Shown here: in pieces, positions 50,389-63,840 of the stretch
Position numbering within the stretch: the first letter of the stretch is position 1
Layout: each line of letters begins with the position of its first letter
Assembly (NCBI RefSeq): GCF_016097555.1
Contig: NC_054708.1
Coordinates: 62,460,537 to 62,524,536 of the forward strand
Source: Gigantopelta aegis
Lineage: Eukaryota
Direction: 5' to 3'
DNA length: 64,000 nt
The notes under the pieces: generated by a model
What the model was told of the DNA's origin: nothing
Databases searched by the model: none
Seen by the model: only the letters and a program-made list of their open reading frames with translations
Translations under genes and position numbers: made by a program

Positions 50389-50759
50389 CCTGCAACCATC
50401 ATTTGTATTGACAAAATATGACAAGATAAAGCAATGTGATATCCTGCTAGTAGACTGACTACTAGTATTCATTTAGTCAATGTGCTCCAGTGGTGTCGTT
50501 AAACAAAACAAACTTTAACTACTCATTTACTTCGGATTAGACTCCAGTTTGATATAGTATATCGTTAATACAGTATTTAGAAGTGTTTAAAAACTATTTT
50601 TGACGCATGGATGACAGTTCAAACAGATTGCTTGTTTAACTTGATACATGTCGTACAAAATTTGCTATACAAAAAATACAGAACTCTACCTTTCTTGCCG
50701 ATTTACAGAATAAAAATAATAACAGACTGATGACACGTGTAAATTATCAGCTTTTTCCT

Positions 50760-51011
<252 letters not shown>

Positions 51012-51789
51012 GCAGTATGGCATACACTGATGCACCAGAAAACATCAAATAAATTATGTATATATCATAATCTTTAGTTTGTTTTCTTTTCACAAATCTT
51101 TAGTAACAGGTATGACATACTGACGATAGGGCACCTACGCAGCTTGTAGATCTTGGAATGCCATGGAATTTTAAAACTCATGTGTCAAGGTCTGGAATAT
51201 CCTTATCAGAATATTCACATTGTGAAAATGCCCTGATTTTGATGGAATTCTATATATTACAATCTTGAAAACACATTTTTAAAACTATGATCATTAATAT
51301 ATATTATGTCTTGCCCCTACTTTCCATCTTAGGGAATAATTGTGCTATTATTTGGCAGTGATTTTGACTGGCGAGTTCAGTCATGTACTTATAGTCCTTC
51401 CCACGGGTGCGGAGTTTTCTTACTGTAATGGTATTTGTACTGCAAGTTATATATTTTTGAACCGATTGTTTCCTAAATTGCACACAAAAACAAGTTAATA
51501 ACAATAGACTTCGATATTTGGAACCTCGAAAATCAAAAACCCAGATCTCTCAAAGTAATTTCTTGTTCCAGTATACAGATTTAATAGTTATTAAGTTTTC
51601 AAAACTCGAAGTGTATGGAGTAATGAAAGTATTGTTGAGAGCAAAAGAATGAATTTTCAGCCATGCGGAATATGTGCGCTCTCTATGTTTCTGGTAGTAG
51701 CCTAATTACAGAAGACTGCATCGCCACTAATACAAATCCTAACAATAGTTACGTGTCCTTTTAAGTTCAGACATGTACTGAGCTGCTAA

Positions 51790-52258
51790 TATCGCTAGTG
51801 ACCGAATCTTCCGATATCGTTACTGACCGAGTCTTCTGATATCGCTACTGATCGAGTCTTCTGATATCGCTACTGACCGAGTCTTCCGGTATCGCTACTG
51901 ATCGAGTCTTCTGATATCGCTACTGACCGAGTCTTCCGGTATCGCTACTGATCGAGTCTTCCGATATCGCTACTGACCGAGTCTTCCGATATCGCTACTG
52001 AGCGAGTCTTCTGATATCGCTACTGAGCGAGTCTTCCAATATCGCTACTGACCGAGTCTTCCGATATCGCTACTGAGCGAGTCTTCCGATATCGCTACTG
52101 ACCGAGTCTTCCGATATCGCTACTGATCGAGTCTTCCGATATCGCTACTGACCGAGTCTTCTGACATCGCTACTGATCGAGTCTTCTGATATCGCTACTG
52201 ACCGAGTCTTCTGACATCGCTACTGATCGAGTCTTCTGATATTGCTAGTGACCGATTC
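51790..52258. repeat. Minisatellite with 25-bp unit gatatcgctactgaccgagtcttcc, about 19 units
   Basis: Strict 25-bp periodicity with c/t and c/a variants at fixed positions. Confidence 0.9.
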
Positions 52259-52349
52259 CAGAGCAAACGGAGGGAGATAAATATGGGTTGGGCGGAATAA
52301 TTTAGTGTCTTCTTAGAAGTACATGGCCGGACGTCGACACTTATGCCAA

Positions 52350-52530
52350 GCCAAACCAATCTAAACCACACCACCCCACCCCACATCACACCGTACCACA
52401 CAACCCCACACCACACCATACCATACCACACAACCCCACACCACACCACATCACACCATCCCACCCCATACCACACAACCCCACACCGCACCATACCATA
52501 TCATACTACACCATACCACATCACACCATG
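52350..52530. repeat. C/A-rich degenerate pentameric low-complexity tract (CCACA/CCATA-like)
   Basis: ccacaccaccccaccccacatcacaccgtaccacacaacccca... The ORF gives a T/P/H-rich peptide on the plus strand and a W/G/V-rich peptide on the minus strand. Confidence 0.8.
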
Positions 52531-53887
52531 CAATTTTTAAGAGCTTGAAGTCTGAAGTTGATGTTTGCACGGAGGATATGTTCCAGAGGACGCGCTACTC
52601 AGATTATCAACTAAGCTCAGATTATCAACTATGCTCAAAATATCAAGTGCCACGACGGAATTGGCCAACTCAACAGTTGTGTTGTAAATTTTCCCCACTC
52701 ACCGACTTACGACGGGTAAGCTCAGATTAACAACTAATCGGACGTAGGAGTTGTATACGACGAGAATCTAGTTGTAAAAGTACTCAGACTAGTAACTGCA
52801 CAGTCGTGAGATCGACATGTTGGCCAGATTCGTCGTGACAGTTGATAGTATGAGATTAGCATTAGTTTCGGTGTGTTTTGTAGCCTTTCCATCTGGGGTA
52901 ATAATATGGCTTCCTGACTGTCCACCGTGACGTCTTCAGGATTCACTGGGGAGGCAGTTGAGGACGACGGTTTCCTCGAAATGTGTAAAAAAAAAAGAGT
53001 CAATTTTATCACAAAATATATCCTGTGACCATGTCAACTGGCTTTGTTTGGATTTTTAAATTGTTTATGAATGTAGGTGTGTGTTGGACTGATTGATACA
53101 TTTATGACGATAACTGATACATTTATGTTGATACCTTCCATTCATCGATAGGTGTTTCTTTAATGGCAGTTTGCAGTTAAAACAGTTTAACATTTATTTT
53201 CGAAAATTTCGACTAGTACCACAAAAGGTCGAATTTTGAACCAAAATGCAAATGCTGCAGCAAGAAAGAAAATTGAATTTTGGATTCACAATGGAAATGA
53301 AATAAAATTGCATACATTTTTTGCCCAGATGAAACTATTTTGTTTTTTACAACCAACACACTCACATTTATCGCAAATCACAGGACTTTAAACGTGTCGT
53401 AGCTCTTGGACTAAAACGTTTCTTGGTACATGGTACAACACTATCATTTGACTGATATTTTCAGATGGAGCATTCTTATTATGGCCTCAGATTACAGTTA
53501 TCTTCCCATTTGGTTGTCTGCTGTTTTGACTGTGATTATTTCATTGCAGACAGCTATGAAGTGGCAACTATTTGACTGAAGTTCACAGGGGAGAGCATGT
53601 AGTTTGTAAATATGTGTAACTTGTTGATATTGAAGACTTGTTTGTGGTAATTCTGGCCCATGCAAAAGTAGTGCTTTTTGTGTAAAATGGATGTACTCCG
53701 GCCAGGTTTAGTGGGTGCTTTTGTTTAAACCAATATCCTGGGAGAAAGAGCTGGAAACAGGGGTTGTCCTTTTCAGAGTATGTGTCCCCCAGGTAGGCAA
53801 AGGTACATACAAAATTCCATGGGCCTGCTGATATTAATAAAAATGTTATAGCCACTAAGGCTATAAAGAAACATATAGCGTAATTAA

Positions 53888-54271
53888 AGGGACATTCCTG
53901 AGTTTGCAGCATTGTTAGATATTTCCGAAAAATAAAATAGTTCTACGATTAAACTTAAATATTAAATATATTTTCTTGTTTAGAATATCAGTGTCTGTAT
54001 ATATTCAATGTGTTTCTGGCCATCTTAATATTTGTAAGAAGCCCAAACTGGATTTTGTCTTCAAATAATTTCGTACGTATGAAAAAATATATTTAAGGAA
54101 ATAAAATGAAATTTAACGTAGTACTAATATTAGAACGATCAGAAACACGTTTAATATACAGCCACTAATATTTTATGCATACAAATAAATTTGATATGTA
54201 ATTACAATCGTTAAAAAGTCTCTGTTAGTCGATAACATCTTAAAAATTGCAGCAAACTCAGGAATGTCCCT
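53888..54271. mobile_element. piggyBac-like palindromic MITE, copy 3 (TTAA at 53884-53887 and 54272-54275)
   Basis: Termini agggacattcctgagtttgcagca and gcaaactcaggaatgtccct; central cgtacgtatgaaa. Confidence 0.7.
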
Positions 54272-54479
54272 TTAATTGTCGTCTGTAGCCATATCACCAG
54301 AATGGTTAAAAATATCTTTGTATGTCTCACTGAGAAGTTTCCAAGAGTAGCTTGTACAGGAATACAATGTTGGATGTTATAATGTTTTTTTTGCAATTAT
54401 GATTACATCTACTCTTTACGAACGGGAAATGTGCTCATGTTAACATACAGCTATTTTATTTTGACACTTAGTCTAGACA

Positions 54480-54895
54480 CTGAGAGAGGAAACCCGCTGC
54501 TACCATAGGCTAACCCTACCAAAAAGATATGTGTTCTTCTCCATAGACAGGACTGTATATACCATGGCTTTTGATATACCAGTCGTAGGACACTGGCTAA
54601 GACAAAAAAGGTGTAAAATTGGTATTGTTTACCGACAGAAGACACTAAAAGACATTGATTTATTAATCATCGGCTATTGGATGTCAAACATTTGGTAATT
54701 TTGACATTAAGTCTTAAAGGGGAAACCCGCTGCATGTTTTCATTAGTAGCAAGGGATTTTCGATATGCACCATCCACAGACAAGATAACACATACCACGG
54801 CCTTTGATATACTGAAATAGCCCAATTGGCCCACCGATGACCGAGCGCTTTATCACAGGGCTACGTCCCGCCTTTCTAAGACAAGGACAGAATCC
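54480..54895 (-). mobile_element. Two degenerate SINE family-A fragments (54480-54600 and 54625-54895)
   Basis: gaaacccgctgc...catggcttttgatataccagtcgtaggacactggctaagac, then agacattgatttattaatcatcggctattggatgtcaaacatttgg...agcaagggat...cccaccgatgaccgagcgctttatcacagggctacgtcccgcc. Confidence 0.6.
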
Positions 54896-55012
54896 AAGGG
54901 TGAATAAAAATGGGTTACACTCCACGCCTTATTATTTTAAGTGGCATATTATAAAAATGCAGTTATAATTGAAACCTCATATATATTCTGGCTCAGGTGG
55001 CTTTTGATGTGT

Positions 55013-55290
55013 GGACCGGTCTCGGTGGTGTTGTGGTTAAACCATCGGACTGGTAAGGCTGGTAGGTACTGGGTTCGCAGCACGATAGGCCTACAGGCTC
55101 CGACCCAGAGCGAGTTTTAACGACTCGATCGATAGGTGTAAAACCACTACACCCTCTTCTCGCTCACTATCCACTAACAGCTAACCCACCGTCCTGGACA
55201 GACAGCCCAGATAGATGAGGTGTGTGCCCAGTACAGCTTGAATCTTAATTGGATATAAGCACGAAAATAAGTTGAAATGAAATGAAAATA
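55013..55290 (+). mobile_element. tRNA-derived SINE, family C
   Basis: ggaccggtctcggtggtgttgtggttaaaccatcggactggtaaggctggtaggtactgggttcgcagc...cgataggtgtaaaaccactacaccc...ctggacagacagcccagatagatgagg...aagcacgaaaataagttgaaatgaaatgaaa. Confidence 0.75.
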
Positions 55291-55881
55291 ATGTGTAGAA
55301 AATATATGGATAAATGGATTTGTTTTCATGTTTAGCAAATGTTCCTATTTGTCACAAGCAATTCCAAGGTTGTTTTGGTGGTGTTTACGTCAGTATGCTG
55401 GACATACACCGCCACGAACGACCATTTACGGGAAACAGTCCACTGTGTGGCTGAAGGCGATGTGTGCAACAGGAAATGGAGACCAGCGCCTCGATTATCA
55501 ATTTCCTTCCACATCTGAAACATGTCACGCGCGGTCACCGGTCCTGTCAAAGCGTGCTGCAATTTGCTTTACGTGTTTCATTAAAATTGAGTTATGCAGC
55601 AATTATTAATGTAGGGATTACCATGTGAAATAAATCAATTCTGTTTTGATGGCATTGAAAACTAATTGTCAGTAAGGAGTTAAGTAAATTATTTGCTAAA
55701 CTCGAGGTAAATGTCGCATTGTGGTGTGTTCGGAATATAACAGAGAACGTTTGTGTATTATGTATTGACGCTGATTCAGGCACACAGTCCTAAAATAATG
55801 CTAGTTACCTGGAAAAGAAAAGGAAGGAAAAGAATGTTTGTTTTAATAATACGTGAGAGCACATAGTAAAGTAAGGTTATT

Positions 55882-56462
<581 letters not shown>

Positions 56463-56948
56463 AAGAAGATAAAGATATGATAATTATTTATGTATTTAGA
56501 AACAGAACTTTTCTTCACATATGTAAGCGAAGGACGTCGACATATGAATGAAAGTCACGTCCAATTCAATTACACAGCCAGAGGACGATTGTGTAAAATA
56601 ATTAAAAAAGAACGGACAATTCTGTAATATAATTAAATTAGGTTTTGTTAACTTTCCAGTTCCAATCAGTTGCCTGTGTGTTGTGATGCGGTGTCTGGAC
56701 ACAAACATTCTCTATAATTTTCAATATATACAATCTAACTAGATTTGTATAGAATATGTCTACACCATTAGATGTCTGTATAATATTATGTGATCTTGCA
56801 GACCTCTTCAGATACCAACAAATTCAACAATGCACGAGGATGCCTAAAACATGTTGGTGTACAAATGATGAAATTGTTCCAAAAATGTCACGTTATTATA
56901 TAGAAAGCTTTGGCCGCTTTGACCGCGGTGATCTTGGCTACAAATTAA

Positions 56949-57332
56949 AGGGACATTCCTGACTTTGCTGCATTGTAAGATGTTTCCGACTAATAAAATA
57001 TTTCTACGATTAAACTTACATATTAAATATATTTTCTTGTTTAGAATATCAGTATCGTATATTCAATGCGTTTCTGGTCGTCTTAATATTTGTAAGAATG
57101 AATGAATGAATGTTTAACGACACCCCAGCATGAAAAATACAACATATTTGTAAGAAGCCCAATACAATGAAATTTAACCTGGTACAAATATTAGAACGAT
57201 CAAAAACACGTTTAATATACAGCCACTAATATTTTATGCAGAAACATACATTTGAAATGTAATTACAATCGTTAAAAAGTCTCTGTTAGTCAATAACATC
57301 CTAAAAACTGCAGCAAACTCAGGAATGTCCCT
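56949..57332. mobile_element. piggyBac-like palindromic MITE, copy 4 (TTAA at 56945-56948 and 57333-57336), with a nested SINE-tail fragment at about 57095-57170
   Basis: Termini agggacattcctgactttgctgca and gcaaactcaggaatgtccct. The insert gaatgaatgaatgaatgtttaacgacaccccagcatgaaaaatac replaces the central segment. Confidence 0.7.
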
Positions 57333-57639
57333 TTAACGAAACAAAATTGTATGTATAGTTGTTTGGCCCTGAATGTTCACGAGTATCCACCTCAGATGTA
57401 ATACAAGGAATACACCATCTCCCCACACTACTGAATATCCTCGTTCAACCATTGATTCATGGCTGGTGTTTAAAAACTAGGACGTTTTTTTGTTTGTTTT
57501 TTACTAATAAAGTCTCTTTTAATAATTTAAATTAGGAGTACTTACATTTTATTATTTAGAATATTCATGTTCGTACTCCTGAGGTGGATCCGGTTATCCA
57601 GGTTTTTGTAGTAACCCAAAATGCAGTGCATTTGGCACT

Positions 57640-58080
57640 GTCCATTATTACAGGCTAAAACTGTGCCTTTAAGGGTTTGGTAAATAGTGGTTGATTCCAT
57701 GAATCTCTAGTGCCTTGTCTATAGGAAGACAGCCACTCTTGACCATATTTCTGCACAATACAGAGGCGAATGGGCATTTGGCAAAATAGTGGTTGATTCC
57801 ATGAATCTCTGCCTTGTCTATAGGAAGACAGCCACTCTTTAGATCATTTACTGGACAATACAGAGTGGAATGGGCATTTGGCAAAATAGTGGTTGATTCC
57901 ATGAATCTCTAGTGCCTTGTCTATAGGAAGACAGCCACTCTTTAGGACATCCTTTACTGGACAATACAGAGTGGAATGGGCATTTGGCAAAATAGTGGTT
58001 GATTCCATGAATCTCTAGTGCCTTGTCTATAGGAAGACAGCCACTCTTTAGGACATCCTTTACTGGACAATACATTGGAT
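57640..58080. repeat. 106-bp satellite, array 1 (about 4 units)
   Basis: Unit acagagtggaatgggcatttggcaaaatagtggttgattccatgaatctctagtgccttgtctataggaagacagccactctttaggatatcctttactggacaat. Confidence 0.9.
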
Positions 58081-59944
58081 ATTTTGCACGGTCTCCCCCT
58101 GCAATTTTTGTTTTAGATATCGATTTTATATATGAAAAGACTGTGAAATTTAAAATTTTAACCTTTATTCTTCCGGCAAGAGTTTTTTTTTTTTTTTTAT
58201 TTTTTTTATTATTTGCAATGAGTGTCCTATTTTTACCGATGCAGTGATGATATAAATTACCTGGGCACATTTTTCCTTTTCAAACAAGCTACAAACAATT
58301 CTTTGGAACCTTGCGAGATATATGTTTTTCCAGATACACTTCAGATGTTAGCAGCAAAAAATTATGGAACCCCCCCCCCCCCCCCCCCCCCCCCGCCTAA
58401 AATAAAATGTCAGTCACATTTAAGCAGTGCAGTGGGCGTGGTGGAAACAATTTTACTGTTTGTGGATGCGTTAAGCTTAATCCAGGCCCAACCAGCATGA
58501 AACCATTCCCCGATGCTTTCTATGATAGTGAAACATCACAAACTGACAAATGTCGAATGCGCAAATGTGTGACCTGTCCTGATTTCAAGCAAATCAGCTG
58601 CGAAAGTAAAATCGGAAGAAAATTATTTGGAGACTTATTGCATCACTGTCTACATATAGTAATGTCATTTCCCACACAATGGGGCTGAATCTTCATGCTC
58701 AGTGGTGCATTTCAATCGAGGAGTTTGATTCAGCATACAAATCATTCTCGGAAGCCTATGTCAGGCTTTATCCAACACAGGCTGAAAGAGAGCTTTTGTC
58801 TCCAATGATTTAGTCCATCACATATGAAATAAAGTACTGGATACAAAAACATGATTGCTCCGTACTTCGTGTTTCAGAGCAGCCTTTTGAAGCTATTCAT
58901 TATGACTACTTGGACTTTCAAAAAGCTTACAAGGTTTCCAAGACTGGAGAAAAAGTCACTGTCAGCAAACGACGGACAAGTTCTGCTCCAAACTGGGTTG
59001 ACAATAAAAGTTCAAGATCATCAGTCCAAGAAGAGTTGCTTCAATCATCATCTGGCACAACAGTCAAGTCATCCAAGCCAAAAAGAGAAAGCATCAGAAA
59101 GATGAAGCTTACAGTGAATCTGCTACAAAGCAGTTTAAAGATGTCAAATTGGTTGGGAATGTTGAAAGAGCACGAAAACTTCGCCTTGTAAACGTTGTTG
59201 GAATGAATGAATGAATGTTTAACGACACCCCAGCACGAAAAATACATCGGCTATTGGGTGTCAAACTATGGTAATAGAAACAAACAATGTGATGATCAAC
59301 ATCAACAGAAAAATTCAAGATATAAATAAAAACAGTGTAAAGAACTGTGCAAAAATACAAATACAAATATCACAGATAGATACTGACTTTTACTCTAAAC
59401 TTCAATTTGTGCTGTATTGGCCATTCTCAAAGAGAATGTTACACCCCTGCACCACGGTGAGGTTACAGCACGCGCAGGGGTGTAAACGTTGTTGGATACA
59501 ATGCCAAAAATGTTATTTCCGGTGGAGCTGAGCATCGACGTCGAATGGTACTGTTACTTATTCCAAGTACCAGCCGTCTTGAAGATGACGATTGCAGCTC
59601 ATGTTCGGATTCGGAAATAAGTGAAATGAGTTCAACTGATGAATCAAATTGTTCCTACAATCAATAATAAATTTGTTTTCATTCATTAATCTTTCTTTTA
59701 CATTATATATCGTATGAAATGTTATACCTTAAATAAATGTTTAGATTTTTTTGCTAAAAAGCAGTGGCATTTGTTGGTAGATTAATCAGGGAAAGAGATA
59801 AATTAATTAAATAACTTCAAATGCAAATTTAAACAAAATGCCAGAAATGTAAACAATAATATTTTAAATTTCATAGTGTTTTAACATTTAGCATCGATAT
59901 CTAAAAAGAAAACTGCAGGGGGAAACCATCTGAAATATCCAATG
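58081..59944 (+). repeat. Spacer of about 1.9 kb in the higher-order repeat, copy 1. It contains poly-C(25) at 58370-58394, decayed ORFs, a SINE-tail fragment at 59190-59290, a 10-bp-stem hairpin at 59440-59490, and a stop followed by aataaa at 59665-59675.
   Basis: Nearly identical copy at about 61000-62985 (offset 3027 bp). The ORFs 58407-58688, 58910-59191 and 59268-59531 recur in that copy. Confidence 0.85.
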
Positions 59945-60990
59945 TGTATATATATTGTACGTATACAGAGTCGAATGGGCATTTGGCAAAATAGTGGTTG
60001 ATTCCATGAATCTCTAGTGCCTCATCTATAGGAAGACAGCCACTCTTTAGGATATCCTTTACTGGACAATACAGAGTGGAATGGGCATTTGGCAAACTAG
60101 TGGTTGATTCCATGAATCTCTAGTGCCTTGTCTATAGGAAGACAGCCACTCTTTAGGATATCCTTTACTGGACAATACAGAGTGGAATGGGCATTTGGCA
60201 AACTAGTGGTTGATTCCATGAATCTCTATCTAGTGTCTTGTCTATAGGAAGAGAGCCACTCTTTAGGAGATCCTTTACTGGACAATACAGAGTGGAATGG
60301 GCATTTGGCAAACTAGTGGTTGATTCCATGAATCTCTAGTGCCTTGTCTATAGGAAGACAGCCACTCTTTAGGAGATCCTTTACTGGACAATACAGAGTG
60401 GAATGGGCATTTGGCAAACTAGTGGTTGATTCCATGAATCTCTAGTGCCTTGTCTATAGGAAGACAGCCACTCTTTAGGATATCCTTTACTGGACAATAC
60501 AGAGTGGAATGGGCATTTGGCAAACTAGTAGTTGATTCCATGAATCTCTAGTGCCTTGTCTATAGGAAGACAGCCACTCTTTAGGATATCCTTTACTGGA
60601 CAATACAGAGTGGAATGGGCATTTGGCAAACTAGTGGTTGATTCCATGAATCTCTATCTAGTGCCTTGTCTATAGGAAGACAGCCACTCTTTAGGAGATC
60701 CTTTACTGGACAATACAGAGTGGAATGGGCATTTGGCAAACTAGTGGTTGATTCCATGAATCTCTAGTGCCTTGTCTATAGGAAGACAGCCACTCTTTAG
60801 GAGATCCTTTACTGGACAATACAGAGTGGAATGGGCATTTGGCAAAATAGTGGTTGATTCCATGAATCTCTAGTGCCTTGTCTATAGGAAGACAGCCACT
60901 CTTTAGATCCTTTACTGGACAATACAGAGTGGAATGGGCATTTGGCAAAATAGTGGTTGATTCCATCAATCTCTAGTGCCTTGTCTATAG
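59945..60990. repeat. 106-bp satellite, array 2 (about 10 units)
   Basis: Same unit. Variants aaatag versus aactag, and gatatcc versus gagatcc. Confidence 0.9.
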
Positions 60991-60999
60991 GAAGACAGC

Positions 61000-62985
61000 C
61001 ACTCTTTAGGACATCCTTTACTGGACAATACATTGGATATTTTGCACGGTATCCCCCTGCAATTTTTGTTTTAGATATCGATTTTATATATGAAAAGACT
61101 GTGAAATTTAAAATTTTAACCTTTATTCTTCCGGCAAGAGTTTTTTTATTTTTTTTATTTTTTTTATTATTTGCAATGAGTGTCCTATTTTTACCGACAA
61201 TACAGAGTGGAATGGGCATTTGGCAAAATAGTGGTTGATTCCATGAATCTCTATCTTGTTTTATATCAGTGATGATATAAATTACCTGGGCACATTTTTC
61301 CTTTTCAAACAAGCTACAAACAATTCTTTGGAACCTTGCGAGATATATGTTTTTCCAGATACACTTCAGATGTTAGCAGCAAAAAAATTATGGAACCCCC
61401 CCCCCCCCCCCCCCCCCCCCCGCCTAAAATAAAATGTCAGTCACATTTAAGCAGTGCAGTGGGCGTGGTGGAAACAATTTTACTGTTTGTGGATGCGTTA
61501 AGCTTAATCCAGGCCCAACCAGCATGAAACCATTCCCCGATGCTTTCTATGATAGTGAAACATCACAAACTGACAAATGTCGAATGCGCAAATGTGTGAC
61601 CTGTCCTGATTTCAAGCAAATCAGCTGCGAAAGTAAAATCGGAAGAAAATTATTTGGAGACTTATTGCATCACTGTCTACATATAGTAATGTCATTTCCC
61701 ACACAATGGGGCTGAATCTTCATGCTCAGTGGTGCATTTCAATCGAGGAGTTTGATTCAGCATACAAATCATTCTCGGAAGCCTATGTCAGGCTTTATCC
61801 AACACAGGCTGAAAGAGAGCTTTTGTCTCCAATGATTTAGTCCATCACATATGAAATAAAGTACTGGATACAAAAACATGATTGCTCCGTACTTCGTGTT
61901 TCAGAGCAGCCTTTTGAAGCTATTCATTATGACTACTTGGACTTTCAAAAAGCTTACAAGGTTTCCAAGACTGGAGAAAAAGTCACTGTCAGCAAACGAC
62001 GGACAAGTTCTGCTCCAAACTGGGTTGACAATAAAAGTTCAAGATCATCAGTCCAAGAAGAGTTGCTTCAATCATCATCTGGCACAACAGTCAAGTCATC
62101 CAAGCCAAAAAGAGAAAGCATCAGAAAGATGAAGCTTACAGTGAATCTGCTACAAAGCAGTTTAAAGATGTCAAATTGGTTGGGAATGTTGAAAGAGCAC
62201 GAAAACGTCGCCTTGTAAACGTTGTTGGAATGAATGAATGAATGTTTAACGACACCCCAGCACGAAAAATACATCGGCTATTGGGTGTCAAACTATGGTA
62301 ATAGAAACAAACAATGTGATGATCAACATCAACAGAAAAATTCAAGATATAAATAAAAACAGTGTAAAGAACTGTGCAAAAATACAAATACAAATATCAC
62401 AAATAGATACTGACTTTTACTCTAAACTTCAATTTGTGCTGTATTGGCCATTCTCAAAGAGAATGTTACACCCCTGCACCACGGTGAGGTTACAGCACGC
62501 GCAGGGGTGTAAACGTTGTTGGATACAATGCCAAAAATGTTATTTCCGGTGGAGCTGAGCATCGACGTCGAATGGTACTGTTACTTATTCCAAGTACCAG
62601 CCGTCTTGAAGATGACGATTGCAGCTCATGTTCGGATTCGGAAATAAGTGAAATGAGTTCAACTGATGAATCAAATTGTTCCTACGATCAATAATAAATT
62701 TGTTTTCATTCATTAATCTTTCTTTTACATTATATATCGTATGAAATGTTATACCTTAAATAAATGTTTAGATTTTTTTGCTAAAAAGCAGTGGCATTTG
62801 TTGGTAGATTAATCAGGGAAAGAGATAAATTAATTAAATAACTTCAAATGCAAATTTAAACAAAATGCCAGAAATGTAAACAATAATATTTTAAATTTCA
62901 TAGTGTTTTAACATTTAGCATCGATATCTAAAAAGAAAACTGCAGGGGGAAACCATCTGAAATATCCAATGTGTATATATATTGT
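61000..62985 (+). repeat. Spacer of the higher-order repeat, copy 2. Poly-C(26) at 61396-61421; an extra partial satellite unit at 61195-61260.
   Basis: See copy 1. The few differences include aacttcgcc versus aacgtcgcc and ctacaatc versus ctacgatc. Confidence 0.85.
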
Positions 62986-62989
62986 ACGT

Positions 62990-63840
62990 ATACAGAGTCG
63001 AATGGGCATTTGGCAAAATAGTGGTTGATTCCATGAATCTCTAGTGCCTCATCTATAGGAAGACAGCCACTCTTTAGGATATCCTTTACTGGACAATACA
63101 GAGTGGAATGGGCATTTGGCAAAATAGTGGTTGATTCCATGAATCTCTAGTGCCTTGTCTATAGGAAGACAGCCACTCTTTAGGATATCCTTTACTGGAC
63201 AATACAGAGTGGAATGGGCATTTGGCAAAATAGTGGTTGATTCCATGAATCTCTAGTGCCTTGTCTATAGGAAGACAGCCACTCTTTAGGATATCCTTTA
63301 CTGGACAATACAGAGTGGAATGGGCATTTGGCAAACTAGTGGTTGATTCCATGAATCTCTAGTGCCTTGTCTATAGGAAGACAGCCACTCTTTAGGAGAT
63401 CCTTTACTGGACAATACAGAGTGGAATGGGCATTTGGCAAACTAGTGGTTGATTCCATGAATCTCTAGTGCCTTGTCTATAGGAAGACAGCCACTCTTTA
63501 GGATATCCTTTACTGGACAATACAGAGTGGAATGGGCATTTGGCAAAATAGTGGTTGATTCCATGAATCTCTAGTGCCTTGTCTATAGGAAGACAGCCAC
63601 TCTTTAGGATATCCTTTACTGGACAATACAGAGTGGAATGGGCATTTGGCAAAATAGTGGTTGATTCCATGAATCTCTAGTGCCTTGTCTATAGGAAGAC
63701 AGCCACTCTTTAGATCCTTTACTGGACAATACCTTTACTGAATCTCTACAATACAGAGTCTTTAGGAATGGGCATTTGGCAAAATAGTGGTTGATTCCAT
63801 GAATCTCTAGTGCCTTGTCTATAGGAAGACAGCCACTCTT
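62990..63840. repeat. 106-bp satellite, array 3 (about 8 units), ending in unique sequence at 63841
   Basis: Same unit. Confidence 0.9.

Noticed and set aside
51790-52258. CRISPR-like regularly spaced repeat (25-bp unit)
   Set aside because: The units are directly adjacent with no spacers. The context is eukaryotic, with SINEs, LINEs and LTR elements, and there are no cas genes. This is a minisatellite.
52350-52530. Telomeric repeat array
   Set aside because: It is an irregular CCACA/CCATA low-complexity tract, not a canonical metazoan TTAGGG-type array. It is interstitial within the window and only about 180 bp long. It is kept as an observation only.
58407-58688. 2A-like self-cleaving peptide motif NPGP in the ORF MSVTF...CGCVKLNPGPTS
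   Set aside because: Only NPGP matches. The upstream D(V/I)ExNPGP consensus residues are absent (VKLNPGP). The tetrapeptide alone is expected by chance. It is noted only because 2A-like sequences occur at N-termini of some invertebrate retrotransposon ORFs.
57669-63670. Repeated 65-167-aa minus-strand ORFs beginning MESTTILPNAHSTLYCPVKD...
   Set aside because: They are translations of the 106-bp satellite. 106 is not a multiple of 3, so each ORF runs about 2.5 units before meeting a stop. Identical peptides recur purely because the DNA is tandemly repeated.
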